A stretch of DNA of 63,733 bases, filler included, from Octopus bimaculoides (GCF_001194135.2; 8 parts of 7 records of this genome joined end to end with filler, not necessarily neighbours in it); one strand, 5' to 3'. Positions 38,813 through 52,652 are shown, numbered from the whole stretch's first letter. Program-made: numbers and translations. The notes: generated by a model from the sequence alone, not told the origin.

Positions 38813-40696
38813 TTGCTTCCTAAGAGGTGAATTTTTGCATTAAAAATAATTTTAAACCATAACTCCAAACAATTTTTCAGTCGGAGAAATACACCATCAT
38901 TTGCAAACATGAGTTAAGTCCCCTTCTAGTGACAGTGCAAAGAGAAAGAGAGAGAGAGAAATAACAGATTTTTAAAATTTCGTCTTTTTAGTGAGTGATG
39001 CACGATATAAACGATATTCTCCGTTTCTTCACAACTAATTTGCAAATTTGCTGAATCCATTGCTCTACTCATAGCGTATATAGTTCGTGAACATGGGAGT
39101 TGAAATTACCATGCCTTCAGAACAGAAGGAAAGGACCACGTGCGCATGCAAGAAATAACAGTAAAACATTAATGTCATTCTTAATTTTAATTTCAATTTC
39201 GTTTTATTAATAGCCCTCTTCTCTTCTCACATATTTTATACTCATTTTTGATAAGGTTTTTCAAAAAACCGAAACATGTAATTTAAATTAATTAAAACAC
39301 CCATTTTTTTTTTTTNNNNNNNNNNNNNNNNNNNNNNNNNNNNNNNNNNNNNNNNNNNNNNNNNNNNNNNNNNNNNNNNNNNNNNNNNNNNNNNNNNNNN
39401 NNNNNNNNNNNNNNNNNNNNNNNNNNNNNNNNNNNNNNNNNNNNNNNNNNNNNNNNNNNNNNNNNNNNNNTATATATATATATATATATATATCCCATAT
39501 GAAAAATGTCACACCTTGGAAGCTACTATAATGTATATCTACATAACTTTATCTGTCTCTCAGGAAAATATTCACTTCAAATATTGATTTTTAAAAATAT
39601 CTTTTGGCTAATGAATTTATCAACTCCACTCAGATAAAACTCATAGTTGCCTCGTTTTGATTTTGAAAACTGAGTGTATATGTTGAGAAACTAAACATTA
39701 GTAAGTAGTTTGGCCAGTCCCCTCGTGATTTTAGGCAACACACCGCGCAATAGATATATCCTGTATAACATTTTAAATGCAATCGCAACACGAAAAGACA
39801 AACATCTCTCAATTCCGCCAAACGCTCAAACGTTGTCTCTGTTTAACAAATTCTGATAGAAATTATCTTTAATTGGGCAAAGGCTTGTCGAAAATAATTG
39901 GTCAATAACTACTTCAGCTTTCAAGTGAGTCTAGACACATGCAAAGCCAAGGCATAACTAATTTTCATTTAAATAATACACCCACATACTTAACATTTTA
40001 CTCGCTTGTTCCCCATCCCTATCTCTTATAGGCGATTGTGTTAATACAAAAAGAAGGTTGATATTTACCTCATTAACAAAACCACTTTTACTCATAACAT
40101 TCAGTGCGAGAGTGAGTATCAAGCGACATTTTCCCCATTGTGTTTTCCATAATCTATTGAACAAATTCTGCTCTATTGAGTTTCACGTATCCGATCCAAA
40201 ACCACTTCAGCAGTCAAACTCTAACAAGCATAATTCACTTCAACATCCAGATGGCTACCAACGTAAATTTTTTATCATTTATCATATATTTCTTTCTTTT
40301 TTTGTCATGGTATATATAACCATATCCAGCGTCATACAAAATGAATGTGACAGATTCAACTGTCCACCGATATTCAGAGACACTATTTTGGCTTCCTTTG
40401 TTCAGTTCCTATCGATGCAATCAAATGTTGCAGCATACACTATAAGTTTCAGCAATGTGACTGACCTTTGACCTCTGCTAGATTTATGTATTATTATTTT
40501 TTTGAAGAGGTTACACTTTTGCACTGCGCTTGAAGAAATTTTGGAAATGGACCAATTCCTTTAAGTATAACATTATTTACCCCTACAACTTTGTCAGAAA
40601 ATTTCTAAAACGAAATTGGTTGTATGCAACAGTTCTGAATGAGCAACCTTCTAGAGAAAATACAATTTAAAGCTAATGTTCTAAGGTGTAAGCAAA

Positions 40697-40751
<55 letters not shown>

Positions 40752-42045
40752 CATATATATATCTCACGTGCTAAAACCCGCTTAAAACCTGGGTACTCTT
40801 TCTGTTTTTTATCAACAATAAATTCATTCAGTCATTTTTAAAGCTAAATTTCACAATTAAGAATATTAATGAATTTAGATATTTCATGTGTCGCTTGGCA
40901 GACAAGAAATCATAAACATATCTCACTCAAATTATACTCAGCCTTATAGGAATTTCCTTCTTGTTATGTTTATCGAAAAGAAAGTAGGTGATGTCCACAA
41001 CTGGAATAACATTGCTCATATGATTGCTCGATCGTAAACTTTTTTATAGCGTTAAAACCCTATAATTCTAGCGCCAACCGCAACGCAAGAAAAACAATAC
41101 GATGGACACATCGAAGACAGATAGCAGCCACATGAGGGGCAAGTGGGATGACGTAGCCAAAGGGTTCATGCACGAATGAAATTGACAGACTGAATGGTCA
41201 GAGGTGGAATGAAATAAATTACAGATCTGTTGTGCCAGGACATGCTTTGGTTTAAACGGAAACAACATCAGTATGATTATTAAGCATTTAGAAGCAATGT
41301 TGAAAATCGGTTAAAAACTGAAACCCGAACCAAGTTTCCGACATAGAGCAACGATAAGAAGAAAACAAACGCAGAAAGAATTAGATTATCAAGATGGAAG
41401 AGAGAGTGAGAGTCAGAGAGACAAAGTGAGTGAATGACTGAGTGCAAGTCAGAGAGCAGACACAGAGAACGAAAGAGAGAGAATGGCTTAAAAAAGATGA
41501 TTATATATGAATTGTTAACTTCAAACTTCTGGAAAATTCAAGGACGATGGTGTGTGAAAACGAAGTATAAATAAATTAATAGATAAGTAAAAAGAGCAGT
41601 CTTGACGACCATGCCTTTTCATTTACAACATAGTTGTGTTTGAGACTATAGTAACAAATATGGCTACCCTGTTATAATTTAGTCAAAACATGATTCCGAT
41701 ACTTCGTTCCGTCATTATATTTAAACATTTTTCGATCTTAGATATCTTGGTTGTTACGATACTTGAGTAGCCACCCGTTTTCGATTTCTGCAAAGATAAT
41801 ATAACAGTTATATTATTATTAAAATGCACATGTTTATATATATTTCTCCATGAAATAACACAGAAGTATCAAGCCGTTGTAAAAATTAAGTAAGAATAAA
41901 TATTCAAAAGTTTAAGACATTCAAAAACAAGATTCAGGAATAAACTCACACACACGAATATATAAAAATATAAATAACTTAAAAACATGTATGCATGTAT
42001 GTATGTATGTATGTATGTATGTATGTATGTATGTATGTATGTATG

Positions 42046-42076
<31 letters not shown>

Positions 42077-42153
42077 GAATATGTGCGTGTTTTCTTTTTT
42101 ATATGTATACATACATAGATACATAATCACATACAAATTGCCATTTACGTATA

Positions 42154-42184
<31 letters not shown>

Positions 42185-43413
42185 CTGCGTGTGAGTGTAT
42201 GCATGTATGCGTGTGTGTGTGTATGCCTGCGTGTCTGTGTGTGTGTCTGTGTTTGTGTCTGTGTTTCTTATCGAAATGGCATATAACATTGTATTTGAAG
42301 CAGTAAATTCACATTCTGTACTGACTTAACAAAAGTCAACTAAATCAAAACCATTTGAAATTGTCTCCCCTCACACTCGGAAGAATGCGAATACTACGTA
42401 ACGGTTGAGAATTTCCCTTATCAACAAATTTAGTTGCTATTCTGGACGCTTATAATAAGGATATGCTGGAAATAATAAGACCGATAAGAAAATTTACCCC
42501 CCCCCCCNNNNNNNNNNNNNCACACATATATATATATGCATGCAAAATCACACAGGTATATACACACGTACAAACACACGTACACAAACACCTTCACAAG
42601 TACACATACACACTTAATGCGAGTGTGTCACCGTGACAGTTCGCAGGGTTGGTGTGAATCATGGTTTTCTCGACACATTAGTCAGAGTCAAACACGTAAC
42701 ACATACGATAACGTTTGAAAAGCTTCACGTATTCTAAATCGATGCGGTGAACGTTCAGGGTGCGTTCCCATTGTTTTTGCATGGATGCTTGCTGCCGTCA
42801 TATTGGTGTCTGCGTATCAATGCACTTGAATGTCTAAGCTTGTGTCTGTACGACACTGACCCATGACTGTCTAAGCGTGTGTTTCTCGGCGTCGTCTTAT
42901 ATGTTGTACGCGTACGTGCGTTTATATGTACGTATTTAAATTCAAACATACGTGCAATTAAAATGTTGCACCTGTATGTGCTGGGTATGACGTGTCACAA
43001 TACAACAAATAATTGACCGGACTTCTAGTGCACTGAGTTTCAACGTGCATTATGCTTATCTAAATGTACCTGCATATCCAGATATTATGATGCTTGCATG
43101 AACATATTGACGGAAAAAAATATTTAACAGTTGATAGAGTAGAACGAAGTAAATATGTATATTTCACCATCCAACTGGTTGCACTGTCTCAGTAGCATTT
43201 TCACTAAATCACAAACTATATACATAAGTAAGCGTGAATCTATGCATAACTGTATGCGCGGACACAAGCGAACAAAGACTAACGTATGCAGACACACAAA
43301 CACACATCTACTTACGTACACATATTGATATATACTCGCCTAATAATTTTGGGATATAAATACATAAATATACATACATGTATACATGTATATAGTTGTA
43401 CATATATGTATAT

Positions 43414-43465
<52 letters not shown>

Positions 43466-43916
43466 TAGTGTGTTTACNNNNNNNNNNNNNNNNNNNNNNN
43501 NNNNNNNNNNNNNNNNNNNNNNNNNNNNNNNNNNNNNNNNNNNNNNNNNNNNNNNNNNNNNNNNNNNNNNNNNNNNNNNNNNNNNNNNNNNNNNNNNNNN
43601 NNNNNNNNNNNNNNNNNNNNNNNNNNNNNNNNNNNNNNNNNNNNNNNNNNNNNNNNNNNNNNNNNNNNNNNNNNNNNNNNNNNNNNNNNNNNNNNNNNNN
43701 NNNNNNNNNNNNNNNNNNNNNNNNNNNNNNNNNNNNNNNNNNNNNNNNNNNNNNNNNNNNNNNNNNNNNNNNNNNNNNNNNNNNNNNNNNNNNNNNNNNN
43801 NNNNNNNNNNNNNNNNNNNNNNNNNNNNNNNNNNNNNNNNNNNNNNNNNNNNNNNNNNNNNNNNNNNNNNNNNNNNNNNNNNNNNNNNNNNNNNNNNNNN
43901 NNNNNNNNNNNNNNNN

Positions 43917-44001
<85 letters not shown>

Positions 44002-44531
44002 TAGTGTGTTTACAAAGAGAGAGAGGGGCAGATCGACAGAGAGAGTGAGACCGAGAGAAAGAGTGAGATTTATAGAGAGATACAACTGAAATTTTTCATA
44101 TATGTGACTAATTATACGTATTTTACACAATTATACGCATAAAATTAACCACATGAACTTACTAAATTTCAGAAATCTGAATAGGCTCATCAAATTCTCA
44201 AGACATTATAACCCTATGTACAATTACAAGTACAACTATGAATATATACATATATTTTATGCCTATGTGTAAGTGGCGTGCGTTTCATGTGAACATTTTG
44301 TGTATGCGTATGTGAACATATATTGTACTTATGTATATAAATATGATGGCATATAAATATTACAATATATATGTAATATATATGTAATATATATGTATAT
44401 ACATGCATATATATATATATATATATATATANNNNNNNNNNNNNNNNNNNNNNNNNNNNNNNNNNNNNNNNNNNNNNNNNNNNNNNNNNNNNNNNNNNNN
44501 NNNNNNNNNNNNNNNNNNNNNNNNNNNNNNN

Positions 44532-44564
<33 letters not shown>

Positions 44565-44639
44565 GATACAAGTATGTATGTTTGTGTGTGTGTGAATATG
44601 CGTGTCTGTGGGCAAGATCATATTATTTTATTTCTTATT

Positions 44640-44835
44640 ATTTTACATCTTTGTGTCATTTGACTGAGACCAAACTGGATCACCGCCTTTGGAAGAACAA
44701 ATCCATCCCAGGACTTATTCTTTGTAAGCCTAGTTGTGATAGTACCGGGCACTTCTGCTCAACCGCTATGTTACGGAGGTTTAAACACACCAACATCAGA
44801 TGTCAAAATATGGTGGGAGGAGAAACACAAACATC
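44640..44835 (-). mobile_element. SINE family A tail, diverged
   Basis: GTCATTTGACTG...CCCAGGACTTATTCTTTGTAAGCCTAG...AACCGCTATGTTACGGAG. Confidence 0.7.
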
Positions 44836-44859
44836 CCAATACATGCATGCATATATAGT

Positions 44860-45389
44860 GATGACGCGGTTGTTCCTCCATTCATCTGCCGATACCAACT
44901 CAGACTCAACACGGAGGCCCACATCAAGTGTCTTCAGGAGGTAGTGCTGCCCTGGGTCAAGATGTTTCCTGCTAGAAGATCCTATGTCTTACAACAGGAC
45001 TCTACACCATGCCACACGCGCTGCAGGACCCAGTCATGTCTCTCAGACAATTTCTCCGAACACATCTTCTCTAACATCATGCTATTTATCACCGCAACCT
45101 GCAACCTCCTTGATTATCATGCGTTGTGTGAGGCACACCAAGTAACATTAAAGATGAACTGAAGGTAAGAATCATGGCAACATTCACGAACTTAAAAAAG
45201 GAAACCGCAGATGTGTTGCAGAAGATGACGAAGTCTGTCGGAGTCCGTGGTTGAAGCCAATGGCGAATTTATTGAATAAATTCATTCTTTCGTATTTCAA
45301 GATATTTTTATGTAATTTTCGTAAATATTTCTGCTAAATTGAGATGTCAATGATACATTTTTGCATAATTTAGACAATAAATTACCCGC
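44860..45389 (+). mobile_element. Tc1/mariner DD37D (maT)-like relic, 3' part
   Basis: QLRLNTEAHIKCLQEVVLPWVK...YVLQQDSTPCHT...SDNF, KDELKVRIMATFTNL, EANGEFIE*. Same family as 53285-54030. Confidence 0.8.
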
Positions 45390-46919
45390 NNNNNNNNNNN
45401 NNNNNNNNNNNNNNNNNNNNNNNNNNNNNNNNNNNNNNNNNNNNNNNNNNNNNNNNNNNNNNNNNNNNNNNNNNNNNNNNNNNNNNNNNNNNNNNNNNNN
45501 NNNNNNNNNNNNNNNNNNNNNNNNNNNNNNNNNNNNNNNNNNNNNNNNNNNNNNNNNNNNNNNNNNNNNNNNNNNNNNNNNNNNNNNNNNNNNNNNGATA
45601 TTCCACACATACACACACATAAACACACACACGAATATATGTTCATATCTATGTATGTAAGTATCTATCTATCTATCTATGTATCTATGAATGTATCTAT
45701 CTGAATATATAGATATATAACTGTTGGTAGAGTATCTTATGTATTCGGTACCTTTTAAGCGAAAATATCGTCCCGCAATATGTATGTTTTGGTGGTTGAT
45801 TAGACCAAGTACATTTGATGTTACCACACTTGTCACGTCATAGCTAGATAGCGCCATTTGTTTTATAATTTTAATAATTCTTCTTATCTCATTCTTCAAT
45901 TCCTCTCTACTATATTTAACATCTTGATTTGTCCAAATGGGAAACTTTATCATAAGTATAAATTAAATCTTTTCATTTCTGCCGCTTCATTTAGTCACCA
46001 TACCGTAATCACGTATCTATATAAAGGCTCTCTTCTCAAATTAATTTTTCTTTCTATCATATTCTCAGCACGTTCTCTTCTGTTTATATTCCTTTTCTTA
46101 TCTGTCTTTCTCCCTCTATTACTCTCACGCTTCGTCTATAATGTATATAATCTCTATCATACTACTTCTCGTTTCCATATGCACTGTCACATCGTTCTGT
46201 GTTCCCCATCGTTTGCAACCAATCGATCAAATATAGACGACGTACAACCTTTCTACGTTTTCAGTTTTCCCTTGTCCTATCAACCCTGAATAAAGAATGA
46301 TTCTGCAATGTCAGACACATTAATTTTCACTCCGATTTTTCCAACTAATTCGGAGCAATACAGACTATTTCAAGCTTCCTTGAAATATTTTCTCTCATAT
46401 ATATATATACGTACACTCCCAGTTACACACATGTATAAAATATTATAAAAATATGTATGTGCATATGTATGTGTATATGTATATGTATGTACGTATTTAT
46501 TTATCTATCTATCATTCTATCTATTTATCTATCTATCTATGTGTCTGTGTGTGTGCATAAAACATACATACAAGCACTCTCACAAATGCGCGCGCATGCA
46601 AGGACTAGTATAACCTCTAAATCCAGCACAATATCATTTGCCAAGTATTTGCTCTGTTTTATATATTTCGATGCTTGAAATTAAGAAAACGTTAAATTAC
46701 ATCCAAAAGAAGTTCACCACATTCCAAGAAAGTTATTATTAATCTATTCAAATATATTTCTATGAACATTACTGAAACCTGTCTCGAATTACATATTTTC
46801 AATGATTCTTTCATGTTTTATAATTATTTTCCCTTCAGACGCAATGTTTATGAGAAAATTAAACAAATGTGTGTCAAAAGAAAAGTTCAATACACTTAAC
46901 CTCAGAAAAAGTAATAATT

Positions 46920-47115
46920 ATTATTGCTACTATAGGCACAAGGCCTGAAATTTCTGTGTGGGAGTCTAGTCACTGATCCCTTTTCTCAACTAGTACTATT
47001 TTCTTCAACACCGAAATGAGAAAAAGCATACCACCCCGGCAGATTTGAAAACAGAACGTAAAGCCGTCGAAATACAGTTACGTTTATTGGCCGGCGTATT
47101 AACGATTATAGCAGC
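46920..47115 (-). mobile_element. SINE family B, diverged
   Basis: TATAGGCACAAGGCCTGAAATT...GGCAGATTTGAAAACAGAACGTAAAG. Confidence 0.65.
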
Positions 47116-47289
47116 TTAAGAAATTTAATAACAGTCAATATGAATATTCATTTCGTGCATATGAAGTTATCCCTGTATGAATCCTTGCAGGAAATAAATA
47201 GGCACCTTTAAATTCCTAAATTTCTGATCTAAGTGTCTTAATATGATTTCAGCGGTTTAGAATCTACAATGTAATTATTCGTTTTCATT

Positions 47290-48171
47290 CCAGGTGCCAT
47301 CCTATTAAACATTTGCGAAGAGTAGCTATGCCACACAGAAAAAAATCAGTAGAACTGTCAGATTTTCAAATTGGGCGTATTGTTGGGCAATCTGATAGAG
47401 AGAAGAACCTTTTTCCCACCAGATAGAGTGAAGAACCTTTTTTCCTTCTCGGTTGTGGCTGAGCTTTTTCCCTTTTACCAAGCCACAGTTTACGACGTTT
47501 AACATTTCGATAGAAAATCCATTTTTCGTTGCCAGAACACAAGTCTATCAAAAAAGGGTGAAATGAGTTCGCGAGAATGGAGAGAAAAACAGATGTCAAC
47601 TCGGGATTTGCGATTGCTTTCGGACAATTCATGAGGCACCTATTTTCCAAGATTAGGAACCTTTCCAATTTGTTGAAGATGACGATGAACAGTTGTATGC
47701 TTTGAACTAAGTTTTATTGCCAATTCTTCAACTAATAATGCAGGATTTTCTTCAATTAACGCCCCAGGGAGCTTATCATCAAACTCAACTGCACGTCCAG
47801 TTCGATCTTCCTCTTCAAGCCTGAAATCTCTACTTCTGAGTTTTGCAAATCATCTTCTGCAAGTTCTTTCATTCAAGCATTCTTTCCCATAAACTGAGTG
47901 TATGTTTCGAGTCGCTTCGGCTGCAGAGTTTCCTTTTTTGTACTTATAAAGTATTATGTGCCTCAAATGTTCTTTGAATACTTCCATGTTAGAAAGGGGG
48001 TTAATCAAAGAAATTCTAATTCTATCATTCTGTAAAATAATATTTAATTAGTTTAAATGTACACAAATGCATAAAAATAATTTTAAAATCCATTACCCAT
48101 TTTAAAATACTCTTAAATTTAATTCAATTTTAAAACAGGTAAAGTCGGACATAACTTATGGGATGATCTGA
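47290..48171 (-). mobile_element. Mariner (DD34D-type) relic, 5' two-thirds
   Basis: Terminus TA|TCAGATCATCCCATAAGTTATGTCCGAC; MEVFKEHLRHIILYKYKKGNSAAEATRNIHSVYG...; LCSGNEKWIFYRNVKRRKLW. Confidence 0.9.
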
Positions 48172-48184
48172 TATATGTGTGCGT

Positions 48185-48388
48185 GTGTGTATCTGTGTTT
48201 GTTCCCCCCACCATCGCTTGACAACCGATGTTGGTGCGTTTACGTACACGTAACTTAGCGGTTCAGCAAAAAAGAATGATACAATAAGTATTAGGCTTAC
48301 AAAGTATAATTCTTGGGGTCGATTTGTTCGACTATAGGTGCTGCTCCAGCATGGCCACAGTCAAATGATTGGAACAACAAAGAGAGTA
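48185..48388 (+). mobile_element. SINE family A tail
   Basis: CATCGCTTGACAACCGATGTTGG...GGGGTCGATTTGTTCGAC...GCTCCAGCATGGCCACAGTCAAATG. Confidence 0.85.
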
Positions 48389-50482
48389 ATATTTTAGTGA
48401 AAACTATAATTGCCACAAACATCATTACCAAAATCGGGATATAAAATGGAAAGGATATAGAGAGAATTAATAAATTAAATAATATATCATATAAAATAAT
48501 TGAAGAAGGTCGTCAATTCTGTATATACATTTATGTCTGTGTCTATGCTGGTCATCCGGTGTTAGTCTGTTGACATCCCCATAACTTACCTCTTCCGCTG
48601 AAGAGACAGAATTGCGCTTAACAAATAAGTTCGTTCCGCTAAATTTCCTCAAGGCGCTGGCTCAATATGGCCTCAGCGTAAATCCTTAAAACTATTCGCG
48701 CGCGCACAAACACCCCCCACACATACACACACACACACGCACGCGCGCGCGTTCGGGCGCAGACACATTAATATTTGTTTCTATGTAACAGAAAATAATT
48801 ACATTAATCCTGTCAGCTAACATATCGGAGGACGATAGATTAGCTGCCCGAAACTTCGAAGCAATTGTCAATGATATTCCTGTTCAAGAATGATGAATAA
48901 ACAAATAGATGTTTCTGTGTGTATGTGTGGGTGTTTATGCGTGTATGTCTGTAAATAAACTTTTAAAATTGTGAACAGTTATGCATATTTGTAACTGTAA
49001 ATGCATTTTCGTATTTCCCAAATACCGTTTAGTTTTCTTCAATTTATAACGGATCCCAGTCACATCATTTATGTTAAAAAATCTCAGTTACAGTTACGTT
49101 GAATATGAAATAAGATTTCCATGAGTGAAAACCCACACTAATACAATGCATACATACATATATACACACACAGAGACAGTTATGTATATATTTTTAATTA
49201 AGTATTATATGTTCGTGGACTTAAGATCACCGAGACGTGAATGTCTGCCTTTAATCTCATGTTTTAAGATTTCTTTTTCATCGATCGGTGATGTATAAGG
49301 GTGATCTACCACTGAAGTACCGATGTCCGTGTAATCGACTATCACAGCTCCTATTAATAATAATCAGCCTTGATCCACGTTTAGGAACATGTATTATGAT
49401 TGCCTAAATTAGAAACCAGTGAGCTCGTTAGTGTTATTATTGTTACTATTATTATTCCGATTGCCTCTGTTGTTGTTGTTGTTGTTGATGATGATGTTGT
49501 GTTTGTTATTTATCTATTGAACTCGGAGCATTCGAAGCAAAAAAAGAAATACATCAAATATATAAATATCAGTTTATCAATACAGCTATTCAAAATTTAC
49601 AACATTTAGCTCTCGTATAAATTATAATATACAATGTATTTTTGTACGAAATGTAATTGAGGTAATAAAAAATAAATAGCAAACATAACAGCCCCATATC
49701 AATGAGTGTGTTGTGCTATANNNNNNNNNNNNNNNNNNNNNNNNNNNNNNNNNNNNNNNNNNNNTTAATTAATTAANNNNNNNNNNNNNNNNNNNNNNNN
49801 NNNNNNNNNNNNNNNNNNNNAAATGATTTAAGGTGGAATTAAGAAGTATAAAAATCATTATCATGAGTCATTATCGAAAGTCATATCGGTTTCGTCATAG
49901 CTGTTCACTGACTTTTAATCAACTTCGATTTCGTAACGGTGTTGGGTCTTGTAGTACTTGAGTGAAAGATTGCATGCAAGGGAGATGAGCAGTTCTGAAA
50001 GTGATGCAATGAAGGTAGATATAATTAATAGAAAATGAATGGCATTTGTTTCTTTTTACTTTTCCCCTATATACTTGTATATGTATTTGTATATATATGT
50101 ATATAGTTCACAGATAAGATCTAAAGATTCTCCGTATAGAAGACTCTTAGTAGTGCTCAAAAGATTTAAACTAATATTCTGATGTCTCTACAGGGGATAA
50201 TTTCACAAACTGGTGTAGAGGCAATTATGTGGATAAAACAAATTAAACACATCATATATATTAAGTTTATTAGACATCAAATACAAAATATGTATATAAG
50301 ATGCAAAACGAAAGGAAGAAAAAGGTAGAAGCTTTTAGATGATGAATTTTTATGTATAAATATATAAATATTCATATTAATATGAATACGTATTTAAAAC
50401 GTAATCGAATTTAATCTTGGGTATGCATTTTATATGGTCATAGACTGACGATTCGGTTCGTCCCCTGCACGATTCAGGTACA

Positions 50483-50526
50483 TGATGCTGATAAGCCATA
50501 AAATGGCAAAATGTCGGTATCCATCA
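50483..50526 (+). ncRNA. Decayed minimal type-I hammerhead ribozyme motif
   Basis: TGATG-CTGATAA-GCCA-TAAAA-TGGC-AAAA-TGTCGGTA-TC-CATCA: stems I (5 bp) and II (4 bp) are perfect; the core differs from CUGAUGA/GAAA by two G>A changes; stem III is near-palindromic. Confidence 0.55.
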
Positions 50527-51129
50527 CTCCTAAATGAGACTGGGGGTGAGTTATCTCGGCTGTCGATGGTCTTCAGGTGTTTTAATACTCTGTGCTACCA
50601 GGGAGTTGTCTCGAAAGCGCTACGATGCAGCGAACCGGCACACAAGCAAAACACATTGTGTGCGGTCGATAATGTTTACAACAATAGTGTTGTTTTGAAT
50701 TCGTAACTGAATGTATAGACCATATAAATGCAAATGTATGTGGTTATGTATGTGTGTTTAGTCCAGAAAGGCTCGGAAACGGTGCATCCTTACGAAAATC
50801 GATTTCGATTTTCGAAATCTGCGTCCCATAGAATAGGTGGTCCATCAATGATAATAGAAAAATATAATATGCTACAAGAAATAACTTAACTTTTAGATCG
50901 ACAACTCTCCCACTCTCTATCTTGTACCGCCAATGTATCTCTCTCTATTTACTCACCATACTTTTTGACACTCACTCACTCAGTCTCTTAGATATTAACT
51001 TACATGCATTGCTTTCATTTTGTTCACAACACATCCACTAAAATTTCTTAAAACCATTACTGCAGAAACATATTGCCTTGAAATTGCTAAAATGAACGAA
51101 AACTGCTACTCCTCCGTCCCAGACTGGTC

Positions 51130-51810
51130 GACAGATTGTTCAACTTATTTAGCTATGTAGACTACTGCAAGAACTCCAATTTGCCAGAAAACTGCCTGAA
51201 AACATTTGCATGCGATCGGAAAATCAAAAAAGCTCGACACGATTTAAATGAAAATCAGAAAATGCGCAGATATGAAATTTGCTGATCACTTCTTCTCCGT
51301 AACCAGACCGATCCATTTCTCGACCGTATTGTGACTAGCAATGGAAAGTGGATACTGTATAATAATAAAAAAAACGCTCTTCGCAGTTGTTGGACTAAAA
51401 TGAAGCACCGAAAAACTTCCTTAAACTCGAGTTCTTCAAAAAGGAGGTTATGTTGACTGTTTGGTGGTATACTACTCGACTCATCCACTATAATTTCTTA
51501 AAACCATTACTGCAGAAACATATTGCCATGAAATTGCTAAAATGAACGAAAAACTGTTACTCCTCCGTCTCAGACTGGCTAACAGAAGTGGGCCAATCAT
51601 ATTTCATGACAATGCTCGACCACACGTTTCACTAATGACGTTACGGAAGTCGAGAGGAACTTGGCTACGAAGTGCTTCCCCACCCAGCTTATTCCTCAGA
51701 CCTATCTCCTACCAACTACCATTTTTTTCAAGCACCTTGATGGTTTCCTGCGAGAGGAGTTCAAAAATCAAACCGATGCTGAAAGTGAGTTTAAAGAGTT
51801 AATTAGCTCC
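51130..51810 (+). mobile_element. Mariner (DD34D-type) relic, catalytic region
   Basis: DPFLDRIVTSNGKWILYNN, VMLTVWW, IIFHDNARPHVS, VLPHPAYSSDLSPTNYHFFKHL. Confidence 0.9.
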
Positions 51811-51951
51811 AGAACGTCAAATTGTGGTTTGGAAGCAAACTTCTCACCACGGAGTTGTTCTTTTGGTAGGATATACCCTCATGACAAATAAATAGACAAT
51901 GTAGATGAGGTGAATTCTTTTATTTATAGATAGTAGTTATCGCCAAGCCAA

Positions 51952-52227
51952 CATGGCAGTCCCAAAATTAGGACGAAAGCTGCCGTGAAGTAGCTCCAAG
52001 AAGCCATCGCCTCTAGCTAGCTATGTGACATACGAAACCTGTGTCCTTTATAACCTTCGAACAGGGGAGGTCAGCAGTGTCCCCCTGCTGGTTTGGCATC
52101 TGCAGACTAGTTTCAGGGTGTTGCCCCTTGTCAATGCAGAGCAGCCAAGCCCCAGCCAGGCGGCGCTACCGACTATCTGTTCGAAGGTTATTCATGGCAG
52201 TCCCAAAATTAGGACGAAAGCTGCCGT
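51952..52227 (-). mobile_element. 241-bp structured unit carrying a type-I hammerhead motif, with the start of a second tandem copy (Penelope pLTR or retrozyme-like)
   Basis: The 35-nt exact direct repeat at 51952-51986 and 52193-52227 runs into a gap. A 15-bp perfect inverted repeat lies at 52050-52064 / 52177-52191, and the hammerhead at 52099-52140. Confidence 0.7.
52099..52140 (-). ncRNA. Minimal type-I hammerhead ribozyme (decayed core)
   Basis: Minus strand TCTGCA-TTGACAA-GGGG-CAACA-CCCT-GAA-ACTAGT-C-TGCAGA: 6-bp stem I, stem II, palindromic ACTAGT stem III, GUC cleavage triplet. It differs from canonical by three transitions. Confidence 0.75.
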
Positions 52228-52327
52228 NNNNNNNNNNNNNNNNNNNNNNNNNNNNNNNNNNNNNNNNNNNNTTAATTAATTAANNNNNNNNNNNNNNNNN
52301 NNNNNNNNNNNNNNNNNNNNNNNNNNN

Positions 52328-52380
<53 letters not shown>

Positions 52381-52491
52381 TATGTATGCATGTATATGTA
52401 TATATGCGTATATGTATGCCTATATATAAACATATATATTGACACATGCACAATATACACGTCTATCTATGTGTGTCTGTTTGTATCTATA

Positions 52492-52560
<69 letters not shown>

Positions 52561-52597
52561 ATCTATCTATCTATCTATCTGTATATCTATCTATCCA

Positions 52598-52652
<55 letters not shown>

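Noticed and set aside
40032-41180. Additional candidate exons 40032-40111 and 41072-41179
   Set aside because: Each has one open frame, but the phases do not link cleanly to the better candidates and the acceptors are ambiguous.
43415-44012. Duplicated TA/TG block ending GTTAGTGTGTTTAC on both sides of an N-gap
   Set aside because: Typical false gap with redundant flanks, not biology.
26692-45660. Long ORFs of 100-350 aa made of X and IY/CV/HT repeats
   Set aside because: Artefacts of N-gaps and dinucleotide microsatellites.
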